Assembly (NCBI GenBank): GCA_964355745.1
Contig: CAYHEN010000002.1
Coordinates: forward strand, 1 to 42,788
DNA length: 42,788 nucleotides
Direction of reading: 5' to 3'
Source of the DNA: Candidatus Woesearchaeota archaeon
GTDB lineage: Archaea; Nanobdellota; Nanobdellia; Pacearchaeales; GW2011-AR1
A model generated the notes under the pieces. That model was not told the DNA's origin and did no database searches. It worked only from the letters and a program-made list of their open reading frames with translations. Every line of letters starts with the position of its first letter. The stretch's first letter is position 1. The translations under genes and the position numbers were made by a program. Shown piece after piece: positions 23,901 through 32,571 of the stretch.

Positions 23901-26612
23901 ATGGAAGAAAAGAAAGAGGAACTTTCTGCGTCTGCCTCTAAGGAGGACATTCGGAAGAGTGTAAGCGAGGAGAGGATAAGAAAGCTCACTCACTTGTATT
24001 ATTCCAAGCCAGAGATACAAAAAATTATATTTGATTTTTCGCAAAATCGTGAAATCTGTCCGAGATATTTTGAAGGTTTCGGCAGACGTCCTGACTCTTT
24101 GCAGTATGAATCAGATATTTTTGAGTTGGTGAAAAAAGGCGCGACTTCTTTCCATTGTTCAGAAGAACTTTGGTCTCAGCCACTAAGCTTGTCAACAAAC
24201 ATGGATGAAAAACAATTGAATGGACTGAGAACAGGATGGGACTTGATTTTGGATATTGACAGCAAATATATTGATTACAGCAAGATTTATGCAAAGATAA
24301 TAATCGAATTTTTGGAGTTTAGTGGTGTGAGGAATATAGGAGTGAAGTTTAGTGTTTCTGGAGATACTCCCATTTTGATAGAAAAAAAAGGAGAATTTTC
24401 TTTAATTTCTATTTTAGAAGCTGTAGAATATATAAAACAAAAGAAAGAATTAAAAGTTTTATCATTGGATAAATCAGGAAAAGTTAAGCTTTCAAAAATT
24501 TATGATTTTTTAGAACATAAGGATACAATCTATGAAATAATCCACTCACAAAGCACTATGCCTCTAAAAGTAACAGGACACCATTCTGTTTTTGTTTGGG
24601 ATATGGGAGATATAATCCAAAAGAAAGTTGAAGAATTAAAAAAAAGGGATTTTTTAATATCTTATAATTCAATAGAAAATCCCCTTGTAAAAAAAGATTT
24701 GAAAATAATTAACGAATTTGACTTTGGTAAAAATCAAAATTCTAAAAAATTAATAAAAAAAGAGATAATTGTAACAGAAGATTTAATGAGACTTATAGGT
24801 TATTTTTTAGCAGAAGGACATGTAACAAATATTATTAATCAGGTGGGTTTCACTTTCAATAAAAACGAGATTGAATATATAAACGATGTTAAAAGTTTAT
24901 TATTTTCATTAACAGGGAAAAAACTTTCTATAAGAAGTCCAAATTCAAACTCCGTTCAAATTCTAATTCACTCAAAAGAATGGGCTTCTTTTTTTGATAA
25001 TTTTTGCGGAAAGAAAAAGGATAAGCATATACCTGCCTTTGCTTTCAAAGCTTCAAGGGAACTTTTTTTAGAGTTGTTAAAAGGATACATTCGTGGAGAT
25101 GGATATAAAAAAGGAGAGTATGGGGTTGTTGTTAAATCTGTTTCAAAAAGATTGATTACAGAAATGATTTGGCTATGCAAATTAAATAATATTTCTTGTA
25201 ATTTGTCTTCGGAACAAAATAAACCCCATAAACTGCCTCAAGGAAATTTTTTCAAGGGAAGTTTAGTTTATTTGTTAAGAATACCCAAATCTGAATTAGT
25301 TAATTTAGAATTTCATAGAGAAAGAAATAAATTTTCTCCTTATGCTGGAGATAGAATTTTCCCTACAGACGGCTTAAAGGAAGTTTACAATCAGATAAAG
25401 CCTAAAATGTTTAATTCTCACCGAGCAGAACAGATGACTCTTAAAAAAGATGGAGCAAATCTTAATAGAATAAAAAAAGTTTTGGATTGGTTTGAAAAGT
25501 TTAAAGAGATAAATCCCGATAAAAACTCCCAGAAGATTCTGGATAATTATAAGAAATTATTTAATTCAGATATTTCTATCATCAAAATTAAAGATATTTC
25601 AAGAAAAGAAGAGGAATTAGTTTACGATATCTCTGTGGAAGAAACAGAATCTTTCTTTGGAAATTATTACCCTGTGCTTTTGCATAATTCCGGATCAAAA
25701 GGATTTCATATGATAATTCCATGTAAAGCTTTTCCAAAAGAAGTGAATCATGTTGAAACAAAAAACATGTTTCCAGAATGGGCAAGAATCCTTACAAAAT
25801 ATATTATAGAAAAAACCAAACCTAAATTAATAGAAGAGATTACAGAACTCTTTTCTCCAAACAAATACATAAGAGACAATACAGCACCAAAAGAGGTCAT
25901 GCCAGATTTAATTCTTGTTTCTCCACGCCATTTGTTCAGAATACCTTATTCTCTCCATGAAAAAACTGCATTAGCCAGCGTTGTTATCAACAAGAATAAA
26001 ATTTCTGATTTTCAATTGCGAGACGCTAATCCATTAAAAGCAGAGATAAAAGATTTTACTCCTGAATGCAAATCCGGAGAAGCAACAAGGCTTTTGATGC
26101 AGGCACTTGATTGGAGCAAAGAGACAAATCAGGGAGATAGTGAAAAGAGAAGCATAGAATACAAACCAATTCAAATAACAGACAAGTCTGAAAAGAATTA
26201 TCCTCCCTGCATTAAAAAAATTTTAAATGGCATGGCTGATGGAAAGAAAAGGGCTTTATTTGCTTTGCTGAATTTCTTCTGTTCAATTGCAATGGAAAAA
26301 GACGAGCTGGAAAAGATTTTGTATTCTTGGAATGAAAAGAATAATCCAAAACTTCACGAAGGATACATCAAATCTCAAATAGCATATGCAATAAAAAGAA
26401 AACCTGTTCTGCCTCCAAACTGCATGGAATTTTATCAGGGAATTTCTGTTTGCTATCCTGACGAACTCTGCAAGTTGATAAAAAATCCTGTTAATTATGT
26501 TGTGAAAAAAAATTTTCAGTCTAACAAATACAAAAGCGATTATGCATATGCATCACGAAGAACTGAAATAAAAAAACTAAAAACTAAGGATAATTTTAAA
26601 AACAACAATTGA
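23901..26612 (+). CDS. fused PriS-PriL DNA primase containing an intein
   Basis: WDLILDID (motif I), F|SGSKGFH (motif II), RIPYSLH (motif III); C-terminal PPC...PPNC...C...C Fe-S-type PriL domain. Confidence 0.92.
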   Translation: MEEKKEELSASASKEDIRKSVSEERIRKLTHLYYSKPEIQKIIFDFSQNREICPRYFEGFGRRPDSLQYESDIFELVKKGATSFHCSEELWSQPLSLSTNMDEKQLNGLRTGWDLILDIDSKYIDYSKIYAKIIIEFLEFSGVRNIGVKFSVSGDTPILIEKKGEFSLISILEAVEYIKQKKELKVLSLDKSGKVKLSKIYDFLEHKDTIYEIIHSQSTMPLKVTGHHSVFVWDMGDIIQKKVEELKKRDFLISYNSIENPLVKKDLKIINEFDFGKNQNSKKLIKKEIIVTEDLMRLIGYFLAEGHVTNIINQVGFTFNKNEIEYINDVKSLLFSLTGKKLSIRSPNSNSVQILIHSKEWASFFDNFCGKKKDKHIPAFAFKASRELFLELLKGYIRGDGYKKGEYGVVVKSVSKRLITEMIWLCKLNNISCNLSSEQNKPHKLPQGNFFKGSLVYLLRIPKSELVNLEFHRERNKFSPYAGDRIFPTDGLKEVYNQIKPKMFNSHRAEQMTLKKDGANLNRIKKVLDWFEKFKEINPDKNSQKILDNYKKLFNSDISIIKIKDISRKEEELVYDISVEETESFFGNYYPVLLHNSGSKGFHMIIPCKAFPKEVNHVETKNMFPEWARILTKYIIEKTKPKLIEEITELFSPNKYIRDNTAPKEVMPDLILVSPRHLFRIPYSLHEKTALASVVINKNKISDFQLRDANPLKAEIKDFTPECKSGEATRLLMQALDWSKETNQGDSEKRSIEYKPIQITDKSEKNYPPCIKKILNGMADGKKRALFALLNFFCSIAMEKDELEKILYSWNEKNNPKLHEGYIKSQIAYAIKRKPVLPPNCMEFYQGISVCYPDELCKLIKNPVNYVVKKNFQSNKYKSDYAYASRRTEIKKLKTKDNFKNNN
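24351..25688 (+). mobile_element. intein (446 aa) with LAGLIDADG homing endonuclease
   Basis: block A SVSGDTPILI, block B VTGHHSVF, LIGYFLAEG and LLKGYIRGDG, block F VYDISVE, terminal HN then Ser+1. Confidence 0.95.
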
Positions 26613-28384
26613 TTGTATTAAATATGAAAAAAAAGGGGATATTTTTTGCATTCTTGCTCATTTTAATTTGGTCAGCATTTCTTGTCACAGCGGCAAATCA
26701 GACTAATGCTGATGTGAAAGCTTATTCTTGTTTGGAAAATAAAGTAAAAGACCAATGTTCAACTCTGTCAACAGAAGAAAAAATTTTTTCTCTTCTTGCT
26801 ATTGAAAGATGCAAGACAGAAGTTCTTTCTGATTCTCTTGCAGATGAATGCTGGCCAGATGTTGGGTGCAAGATAAAAACAACAGCACAGGCAATTTTAG
26901 CTTTGAGACGCGTGAATACAGACACTGTAAAAGCAGAGAACTGGTTATTATCACAAAAAGCAAATTTCCCGGATATAGATTGGTTTTTGCAGGTTGAGGC
27001 TGGAAACAAAACCTCCTGCACTGCAACCTATTCTGGAAGTTCTTATTCTTTCACTCTAAACGAAGACAAGACAATAACAGGAGGTTCAGGAAGCTGTTTG
27101 AAAGTAGACAGCAATTATTGGCTTAAAATTTCTCCAAGCTGTTATGATTATGAACTCAAAATTTCATGCAGGAATTCTTTCCTGACTTCTTTGTTATACA
27201 AGAAAAAAACTTCTACAACTCTCTATGTTTCACAAAAAACAAATTCTGCATCAGGAGAGGGGAGCACGACAGAAAAAGTCAGCGCTTCCTGTTTTAAAGA
27301 AGGAAGCTCTTGCAATTATGAAGGAAGCCTGTGGGCTGCAATTGTCCTGAAATCAAGAGGACAGGATGTTTCTTCTTACATCCCTTACCTAGTTGCTATG
27401 GCAGATGAAAATTCCAAATATGTTCCAGAATCTTTCTTTTATTCTTTAACTAATAATTTCAGAGTAGATTTGCTTGCAAAGCAGAGTGAAAGCAAATGGT
27501 GGTTAGCGTCAGGAGACAAATTTTATGATACTGCTGTTGCTTTGCTTCCTTTCCAAAATGAACAACTGACAGAAAAAACAAATTCAAAAACATGGCTTAC
27601 AGAAGTTCAGGGAGAAGATGGATGCTGGCAGGGAAATATAAGAAATACCGCCTTTTTGCTGTATTCTTTATGGCCTAAAAAAACAACAGAAATTCCAACT
27701 GCAAAAGACTGCGAAGCTTCAGGATATAACTGCATGTCAAGTGCTTCTTGCTTGGACTCAGAAGGAAGTGTATTAACCGATTATACTGGCTGCTTCGGAA
27801 CAAATATTTGCTGTAGCAAAAAACAGCAAGTGGAAACCTGCTCTGAACAAAACGGAGAGTTGTGTGATTCTGATGAAGAATGTTTAGGAGGAAGCAGTGT
27901 TAGCGCATCTGATACTTCTGGAGGAAAAACTTGCTGTATAAGAGGAATATGTGGCATACAGGAAAGCTCAGAATGTGAGACACAAGGCGGGTTTTGCAAG
28001 AGCCTTTGTTCTGATGGAGAAGAATTTGCCTCTTATTCCTGCGTTTCTGGGAATTGCTGTGTTACAAAACAAAAAAGCAACCTATGGTTCATTATCCTTT
28101 TAGTAATTTTAATAATTCTGGTTGTAATAGGAATAATCTTCAGGAAGAAATTGAGAGAACTTTTCCTTAAATTCAAATCTAAATTCGGAAAAGGAAAGGG
28201 CAGAAAGCCAATAATAACAGGAGGACCAAGATTCCCGCCAACATCTTCACAAAGAGTTTATCCTGGAACAGTTCAGAGAAGAATCATTCAGCCACAAAGC
28301 AGAGCTCCTGTTCGTCGTCCAGCGCCTCAGGGCAAAAGCGAATTCGACGATGTTCTTAAAAAATTAAAAGAGATAGGAAAATAA
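26609..28384 (+). CDS. secreted protein with prenyltransferase/squalene-cyclase-like repeats, Cys-rich region, TM anchor and basic Pro-rich tail
   Basis: TAQAILAL, WLLSQ, QGEDGCW...TAFLL repeats; CC-containing modules; TM near C-terminus. Confidence 0.72.
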   Translation: MIVLNMKKKGIFFAFLLILIWSAFLVTAANQTNADVKAYSCLENKVKDQCSTLSTEEKIFSLLAIERCKTEVLSDSLADECWPDVGCKIKTTAQAILALRRVNTDTVKAENWLLSQKANFPDIDWFLQVEAGNKTSCTATYSGSSYSFTLNEDKTITGGSGSCLKVDSNYWLKISPSCYDYELKISCRNSFLTSLLYKKKTSTTLYVSQKTNSASGEGSTTEKVSASCFKEGSSCNYEGSLWAAIVLKSRGQDVSSYIPYLVAMADENSKYVPESFFYSLTNNFRVDLLAKQSESKWWLASGDKFYDTAVALLPFQNEQLTEKTNSKTWLTEVQGEDGCWQGNIRNTAFLLYSLWPKKTTEIPTAKDCEASGYNCMSSASCLDSEGSVLTDYTGCFGTNICCSKKQQVETCSEQNGELCDSDEECLGGSSVSASDTSGGKTCCIRGICGIQESSECETQGGFCKSLCSDGEEFASYSCVSGNCCVTKQKSNLWFIILLVILIILVVIGIIFRKKLRELFLKFKSKFGKGKGRKPIITGGPRFPPTSSQRVYPGTVQRRIIQPQSRAPVRRPAPQGKSEFDDVLKKLKEIGK

Positions 28385-28385
28385 G

Positions 28386-29660
28386 ATGAAAAAGCTTTTT
28401 CTAATTGCTTTTATAATCTTCTTATCTTTGTCGTTAGTTTCTGCAATTGAATTTAATTTGAAGGAAAATTTTCAGGTTGGAGAAACAATGATTACAAAAG
28501 TCTCTGGAAATTTTGTCACACAAATAACAAGAGACAATGTTTTTTTCTACAAGGAGCATGTCAGAATCCCAGTGGATTGGGGAATGGCAAAAATAAATGA
28601 CGAGTATTATATTTACGCTATTCTTTCTGGAAAAGAACAGGGAAATTATTCTATTTCTATTGAAGATATTCAGTACATGAAAGGAAACGAAATTATTGAA
28701 GATAAAATAGTAAGAAATTTTACAATAACAGGGGAAACAGCAGATTTTTCTTTAAATCCAGGAGTAGTTGTCAGCCCAGAAGATTTTTTTATTGAGGTTC
28801 AGAATTTAAAAGACAAACAGATTAGTCTAAATGTAAAAACCCAGAGTTCAAACAGTTCTGCAAGAGACATACTTGTTTCTTCAGGAGAAGCGAGTGCAAA
28901 GGAAATGTCTATTCCAGTTAAGTCAGGAGAAATAAAAAGGATATACTTTAAACTCGGAAATGGAAATCCCTCTTTTCAATTTATAGAATTAAAGACAGAA
29001 AATCTCACTTACGAACTTCCTGTTTACATTTCAACTGCCTCAACTGAAAGTGAAGCAGAATTCAGATTAGAGCCTTCAGAATTAATCTCATCAATTCCAA
29101 CAAATTCAATCACAAAGAGAACAATTTATTTGTATAACACTGGTGACAAAGAAATAAAGAACATTTCTTTTTCCCTCTCAGACGAGATAAAACCTTTTGT
29201 CAATCTCTCTGATTCCCATATTGACAAGTTAGAAGCAAAATCTAATTACCCTCTTGAAGTGTCTTTTTTTTCTGTAGGAGAAATTGAAGTTTCAGGAACT
29301 TTAAAGGCAAATCTCAATGAAGAAATTATGCTCTATTCCCAGATATCTCTGAAATTTTTAAGCAATTATATTCCTGTAAATGAAAGCAGCCAATCTTCTG
29401 TTAAAACATGCGCAGAGCTTGGAGGAAAAGTTTGCAGTTCTAATGAAAAATGCAGTCAGATGACTATTTATGCAAAAGATAATGTATGCTGTCCAGGAAC
29501 ATGTCAGTCAACAGGAAAAAAAAGTTCAGTGGGAACAATTATTGCAATAGTTATTTTTGTAGTTATAATAGGAGGACTGTTTTGGTTTTACAAAAAGAAA
29601 TACAAAAAGGCAAAAAAACCAGTTGATTTATTGAAGATAGCAAAAGGGAAAGAGAAATAA
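28386..29660 (+). CDS. secreted membrane-anchored protein with Ig-like and Cys-rich modules
   Basis: signal peptide, LYNTGD motif, TCAELGGKVC...CC module, TM plus Lys cluster. Confidence 0.72.
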   Translation: MKKLFLIAFIIFLSLSLVSAIEFNLKENFQVGETMITKVSGNFVTQITRDNVFFYKEHVRIPVDWGMAKINDEYYIYAILSGKEQGNYSISIEDIQYMKGNEIIEDKIVRNFTITGETADFSLNPGVVVSPEDFFIEVQNLKDKQISLNVKTQSSNSSARDILVSSGEASAKEMSIPVKSGEIKRIYFKLGNGNPSFQFIELKTENLTYELPVYISTASTESEAEFRLEPSELISSIPTNSITKRTIYLYNTGDKEIKNISFSLSDEIKPFVNLSDSHIDKLEAKSNYPLEVSFFSVGEIEVSGTLKANLNEEIMLYSQISLKFLSNYIPVNESSQSSVKTCAELGGKVCSSNEKCSQMTIYAKDNVCCPGTCQSTGKKSSVGTIIAIVIFVVIIGGLFWFYKKKYKKAKKPVDLLKIAKGKEK

Positions 29661-29664
29661 TTTT

Positions 29665-29883
29665 TTAAGCCATGACATTTAAATGTCTTCCAGAGTTATC
29701 ATACTCTATAATTTTTCCCTTAGAATTATATATCGGGTGAATTCTTTTTCTGTCCTCTTCTAATTTCTTCTGAAAAATTGCTTCTTGTGTTTCAGGAGCA
29801 ATTTTTCCCTGTTCCAGATTTTTTCTAATGTTTTCTTGAAAATATCCTGTATATTGAACAGCAGTTATAGAATCAATCGTCAT
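29665..29883 (-). CDS. hypothetical protein
   Basis: ORF coupled to the upstream gene. Confidence 0.55.
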   Translation of the reverse strand: MTIDSITAVQYTGYFQENIRKNLEQGKIAPETQEAIFQKKLEEDRKRIHPIYNSKGKIIEYDNSGRHLNVMA

Positions 29884-30424
29884 TTTTATTTTTCGCTCTC
29901 TTTGGTTTTTTTACTTTTTCTTTTTTTTCTTTAACCTCTTTCTTTACATTTTTCGTTTTGGAAAAATGTCCACTTCCTGCGGTTCCCCGCCCTTCTTCAC
30001 CAATAATAGTCTTCAATTGGTTTTCCAAAATCATTTTTTCTGTTTGTAGGATTCTTGCTATTTCTTCATATCCATGCAGCCTTCTTGTTAGTTCATTGAA
30101 TAAATCATTAAATCCTGCGTTAGATAATGTCAGATTTTGTGGGGAGAGAATTTCAACATGTGCAGGCATATACCTGAACATCAATATAGCGAGGGATAAA
30201 ATCTCCTCAACTTCAATCTCAACTTCCATAAAACTGGTGTAGAAATCTTTCTGCTCTTTTATAAGAACAGGCTCATTGATTCTTTTATCAATAATTTTAA
30301 CTCCTTTCTCTTCCCCAATCTGCTTTGCCAAGCTTTCAAGAGTTTCAACGAGGTGTTCAGGCGGTCTTCCCAGAACTTCTAAGACAAATATAGCATTTAT
30401 CTTTTTTCTCTCATCTAAATTCAT
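29873..30424 (-). CDS. conserved hypothetical archaeal protein
   Basis: EVLGRPPEH and YMPAHVEILSP; Lys-rich tail. Confidence 0.7.
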   Translation of the reverse strand: MNLDERKKINAIFVLEVLGRPPEHLVETLESLAKQIGEEKGVKIIDKRINEPVLIKEQKDFYTSFMEVEIEVEEILSLAILMFRYMPAHVEILSPQNLTLSNAGFNDLFNELTRRLHGYEEIARILQTEKMILENQLKTIIGEEGRGTAGSGHFSKTKNVKKEVKEKKEKVKKPKRAKNKNDD

Positions 30425-31130
30425 TTTCTTTCTTTCTCCTTAATGTTTTTAGCAAAAATAAAGCTCCAAAACCAATGCAGAAGCTCACAATTCCTGCAAG
30501 AGCCAAATTTCTTTTCAAAATTTCTTTGTTATCTTCGCTTTTTATATTTAACGCTATTGGAGCAAGAGTTATTGTTTTTGTTGTGCTTTTTGGAGAGGAT
30601 GTTGTGCTTCCAGAACTGCTTTTTGGTGGATTATTCGATGTTTCTTGCATTGTTGAATTGTCGTCTGTTTGTTCAGTAGTTTCATTGGTTGTTGGTTGTG
30701 TTTCTTCTTGGGTTTCTTCTAAACAATTATTCTCACTTCCTTTTGTAGAACTCATAAATTTCCAAGAGAAAGAACAAAACTGATGTGTAAGGTCGTCATT
30801 TTTAGAATCATCAAATAAATCGGTTTTATCAATAAGCTCTAAACCATTGTATAAAGAAATACTTTCATTGAAATTATCTAACCATTGTTTTGTAAAAGTA
30901 TAAACAAAGTATCCATTAAAAGTGTCATTTAAACTGATGTTTTTTCTATCCCCATTAATAATTATATATCCTTCAAGTGAAATTTCCCCATCATTATATA
31001 ATTCAATCCATTCATTTCCTGCATCTGTTCCGGCAGGATTCATCTCAATCTCATTTATTCTTAATGCTGAAACAGAAAGACACTGGAGAAATATCAAAAA
31101 GACAAAGATAAAAACCAACGCTCTCTTCAT
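30411..31130 (-). CDS. lamin tail domain surface protein
   Basis: signal peptide, INEIEMNP...EWIELYN, Thr/Ser linker, C-terminal TM. Confidence 0.85.
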   Translation of the reverse strand: MKRALVFIFVFLIFLQCLSVSALRINEIEMNPAGTDAGNEWIELYNDGEISLEGYIIINGDRKNISLNDTFNGYFVYTFTKQWLDNFNESISLYNGLELIDKTDLFDDSKNDDLTHQFCSFSWKFMSSTKGSENNCLEETQEETQPTTNETTEQTDDNSTMQETSNNPPKSSSGSTTSSPKSTTKTITLAPIALNIKSEDNKEILKRNLALAGIVSFCIGFGALFLLKTLRRKKENEFR

Positions 31131-31154
31131 GAAGAGAAAAGAAAGAGGGGATTT

Positions 31155-31451
31155 TTATTTTTTATTATACTTCACTTTAAAATCAATATATTCTATCTTG
31201 CCTTTTTCTTTTGATTTTCGTGCAACGAGTATTCTTGAAAATATCTTGTTCTCTAAAAGCCATATGCACTTTTCCTTCTCTTCTCTATCAAGCCAACCAT
31301 TTGCCTTGACTTCAACTCCAATGACTTCATATCCATTATCTTGTTTTCTGAACGTTATAAAATCTGGAAATCCGCCAGTATTCATCATTAAAGATTTTGT
31401 GAATGGATTAAACTTTGGTTTACATTGGACCAATTTGCCTCTTTTTGTCAT
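31155..31451 (-). CDS. C-terminal part of a split Hjc-like PD-(D/E)xK nuclease
   Basis: GFPDF and GVEVK catalytic motifs; GAGGT SD; ATGA overlap with the inserted ORF. Confidence 0.75.
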   Translation of the reverse strand: MTKRGKLVQCKPKFNPFTKSLMMNTGGFPDFITFRKQDNGYEVIGVEVKANGWLDREEKEKCIWLLENKIFSRILVARKSKEKGKIEYIDFKVKYNKK

Positions 31452-31600
31452 AAGCATACCTCGCTAATTTGTTTCTCAATTATATTAGGGTTATTTTGGA
31501 TATCCCTTTCCCAGAACCTCAAAACAATAAGTTTTAGCCTTATCCAATCTTTTTTCTTCTTCCCTTTATTTATTGGTATAAAACCTCTTTTAAAAGGCAT
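31448..31600 (-). mobile_element. 50-aa internally deleted homing-endonuclease-like ORF, not in the ORF track
   Basis: MPFKRGFIPINKGKKKKDWIRLKLIVLRFWERDIQNNPNIIEKQISEVCL: NUMOD3-like start joined to a Vsr/DUF559-like VLRFWExDI end; own GGAGG SD. Confidence 0.75.
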
Positions 31601-31601
31601 G

Positions 31602-31859
31602 TTATCCAACCCCCTCCTCAAAAACTACAGTACTGGTATTTTTAATAACAATCCATCCGTTTTTCTCAAGATCACTTCTTACTTTTCTCTCGAATCTTCC
31701 TCCAATAGCACGGCTTTTCTTTCCTCTTTTGACCTCAGATTTTTTCTTAGATTTTGGAATTCCTTTGTCATCCCAGGAAGTTTCATAATTACTTGGGTCT
31801 CCCGCTTCTCTAATTCTCTTCATAATCTCCTCTTCATGCTCTTTTTTGACTGTTTCCAT
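31602..31859 (-). CDS. N-terminal part of a split Hjc-like nuclease
   Basis: GGRFERKVRSDLEKNGWIV resembles the first helix/strand of Hjc. Confidence 0.72.
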   Translation of the reverse strand: METVKKEHEEEIMKRIREAGDPSNYETSWDDKGIPKSKKKSEVKRGKKSRAIGGRFERKVRSDLEKNGWIVIKNTSTVVFEEGVG

Positions 31860-31900
31860 AAAATTATTTAGAAAAAGAACTTTATATTTTTATTTGAGAA

Positions 31901-32341
31901 TTAATTTATTTTTTCTTCTATCCAGGTTTGTAATATTATGAATGTTATTGCCAAAATACTTATTATGCCTTTTATTGCAAGAAAAGAAGGGTTTTGAATG
32001 TTTATCTGAGGAAGGCTTAAAATTCCGGCAATTACTGCAACAGCCCCGACTATTAACATCGTAAGTTCCCCTAAGAGTTCAGGAGTTAGACCATCGATTT
32101 TAATATTTTTTAATTTCTTTAATGATGTTTCTAAAGTCAGTCCTATTCCCAATGTAATAAGCCATAAAGTTTCAATGTAATTATTTATTTTAACATAAAA
32201 TAAAGTTTCAAGAACAATACTCAAAAAACCGATTATACTAACAACCGAAAGCGCAATTACAAAACTTCTTGAAGCTTTATTTTTCTTAATCTCTTTATCA
32301 ATTTCTTTCTTATTTTTTTCACTCTCTTTTTTCTTTATCAC
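31901..32341 (-). CDS. hypothetical 4-TM membrane protein
   Basis: hydrophobic segments; GTG start. Confidence 0.65.
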   Translation of the reverse strand: MIKKKESEKNKKEIDKEIKKNKASRSFVIALSVVSIIGFLSIVLETLFYVKINNYIETLWLITLGIGLTLETSLKKLKNIKIDGLTPELLGELTMLIVGAVAVIAGILSLPQINIQNPSFLAIKGIISILAITFIILQTWIEEKIN

Positions 32342-32381
32342 CTTAATAGAAGATAATTTGGGTTTTTATATTTTATTTTTC

Positions 32382-32567
32382 TTACAAATCCCTACCCTGC
32401 AACGTCTTCCGCTTGTTTGTTTTTGCTCTTTCAATTGCATCTCTCAAAATGTTTTCGACTTTTCTTTCTAAGGCAGTTCCAACTTCGTCTGCAACACTTG
32501 AGATTACATTTTCCTTGTCAAGTTCTTTCACAACTTTTCTTATGTTTGATTTAACAATCAGCACCAT
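32382..32567 (-). CDS. small histone-fold protein (DUF1931-like)
   Basis: LIVKSNIR...AIERAKTNKRKTLQGRDL with RKT-x4-D motif and truncated alpha3. Confidence 0.8.
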   Translation of the reverse strand: MVLIVKSNIRKVVKELDKENVISSVADEVGTALERKVENILRDAIERAKTNKRKTLQGRDL

Positions 32568-32571
32568 TTTC

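Noticed and set aside
31437-31604. Stop-codon readthrough or alternative genetic code joining the nuclease halves
   Set aside because: Several in-frame TAA/TAG stops lie in the interval and other genes use the standard code.
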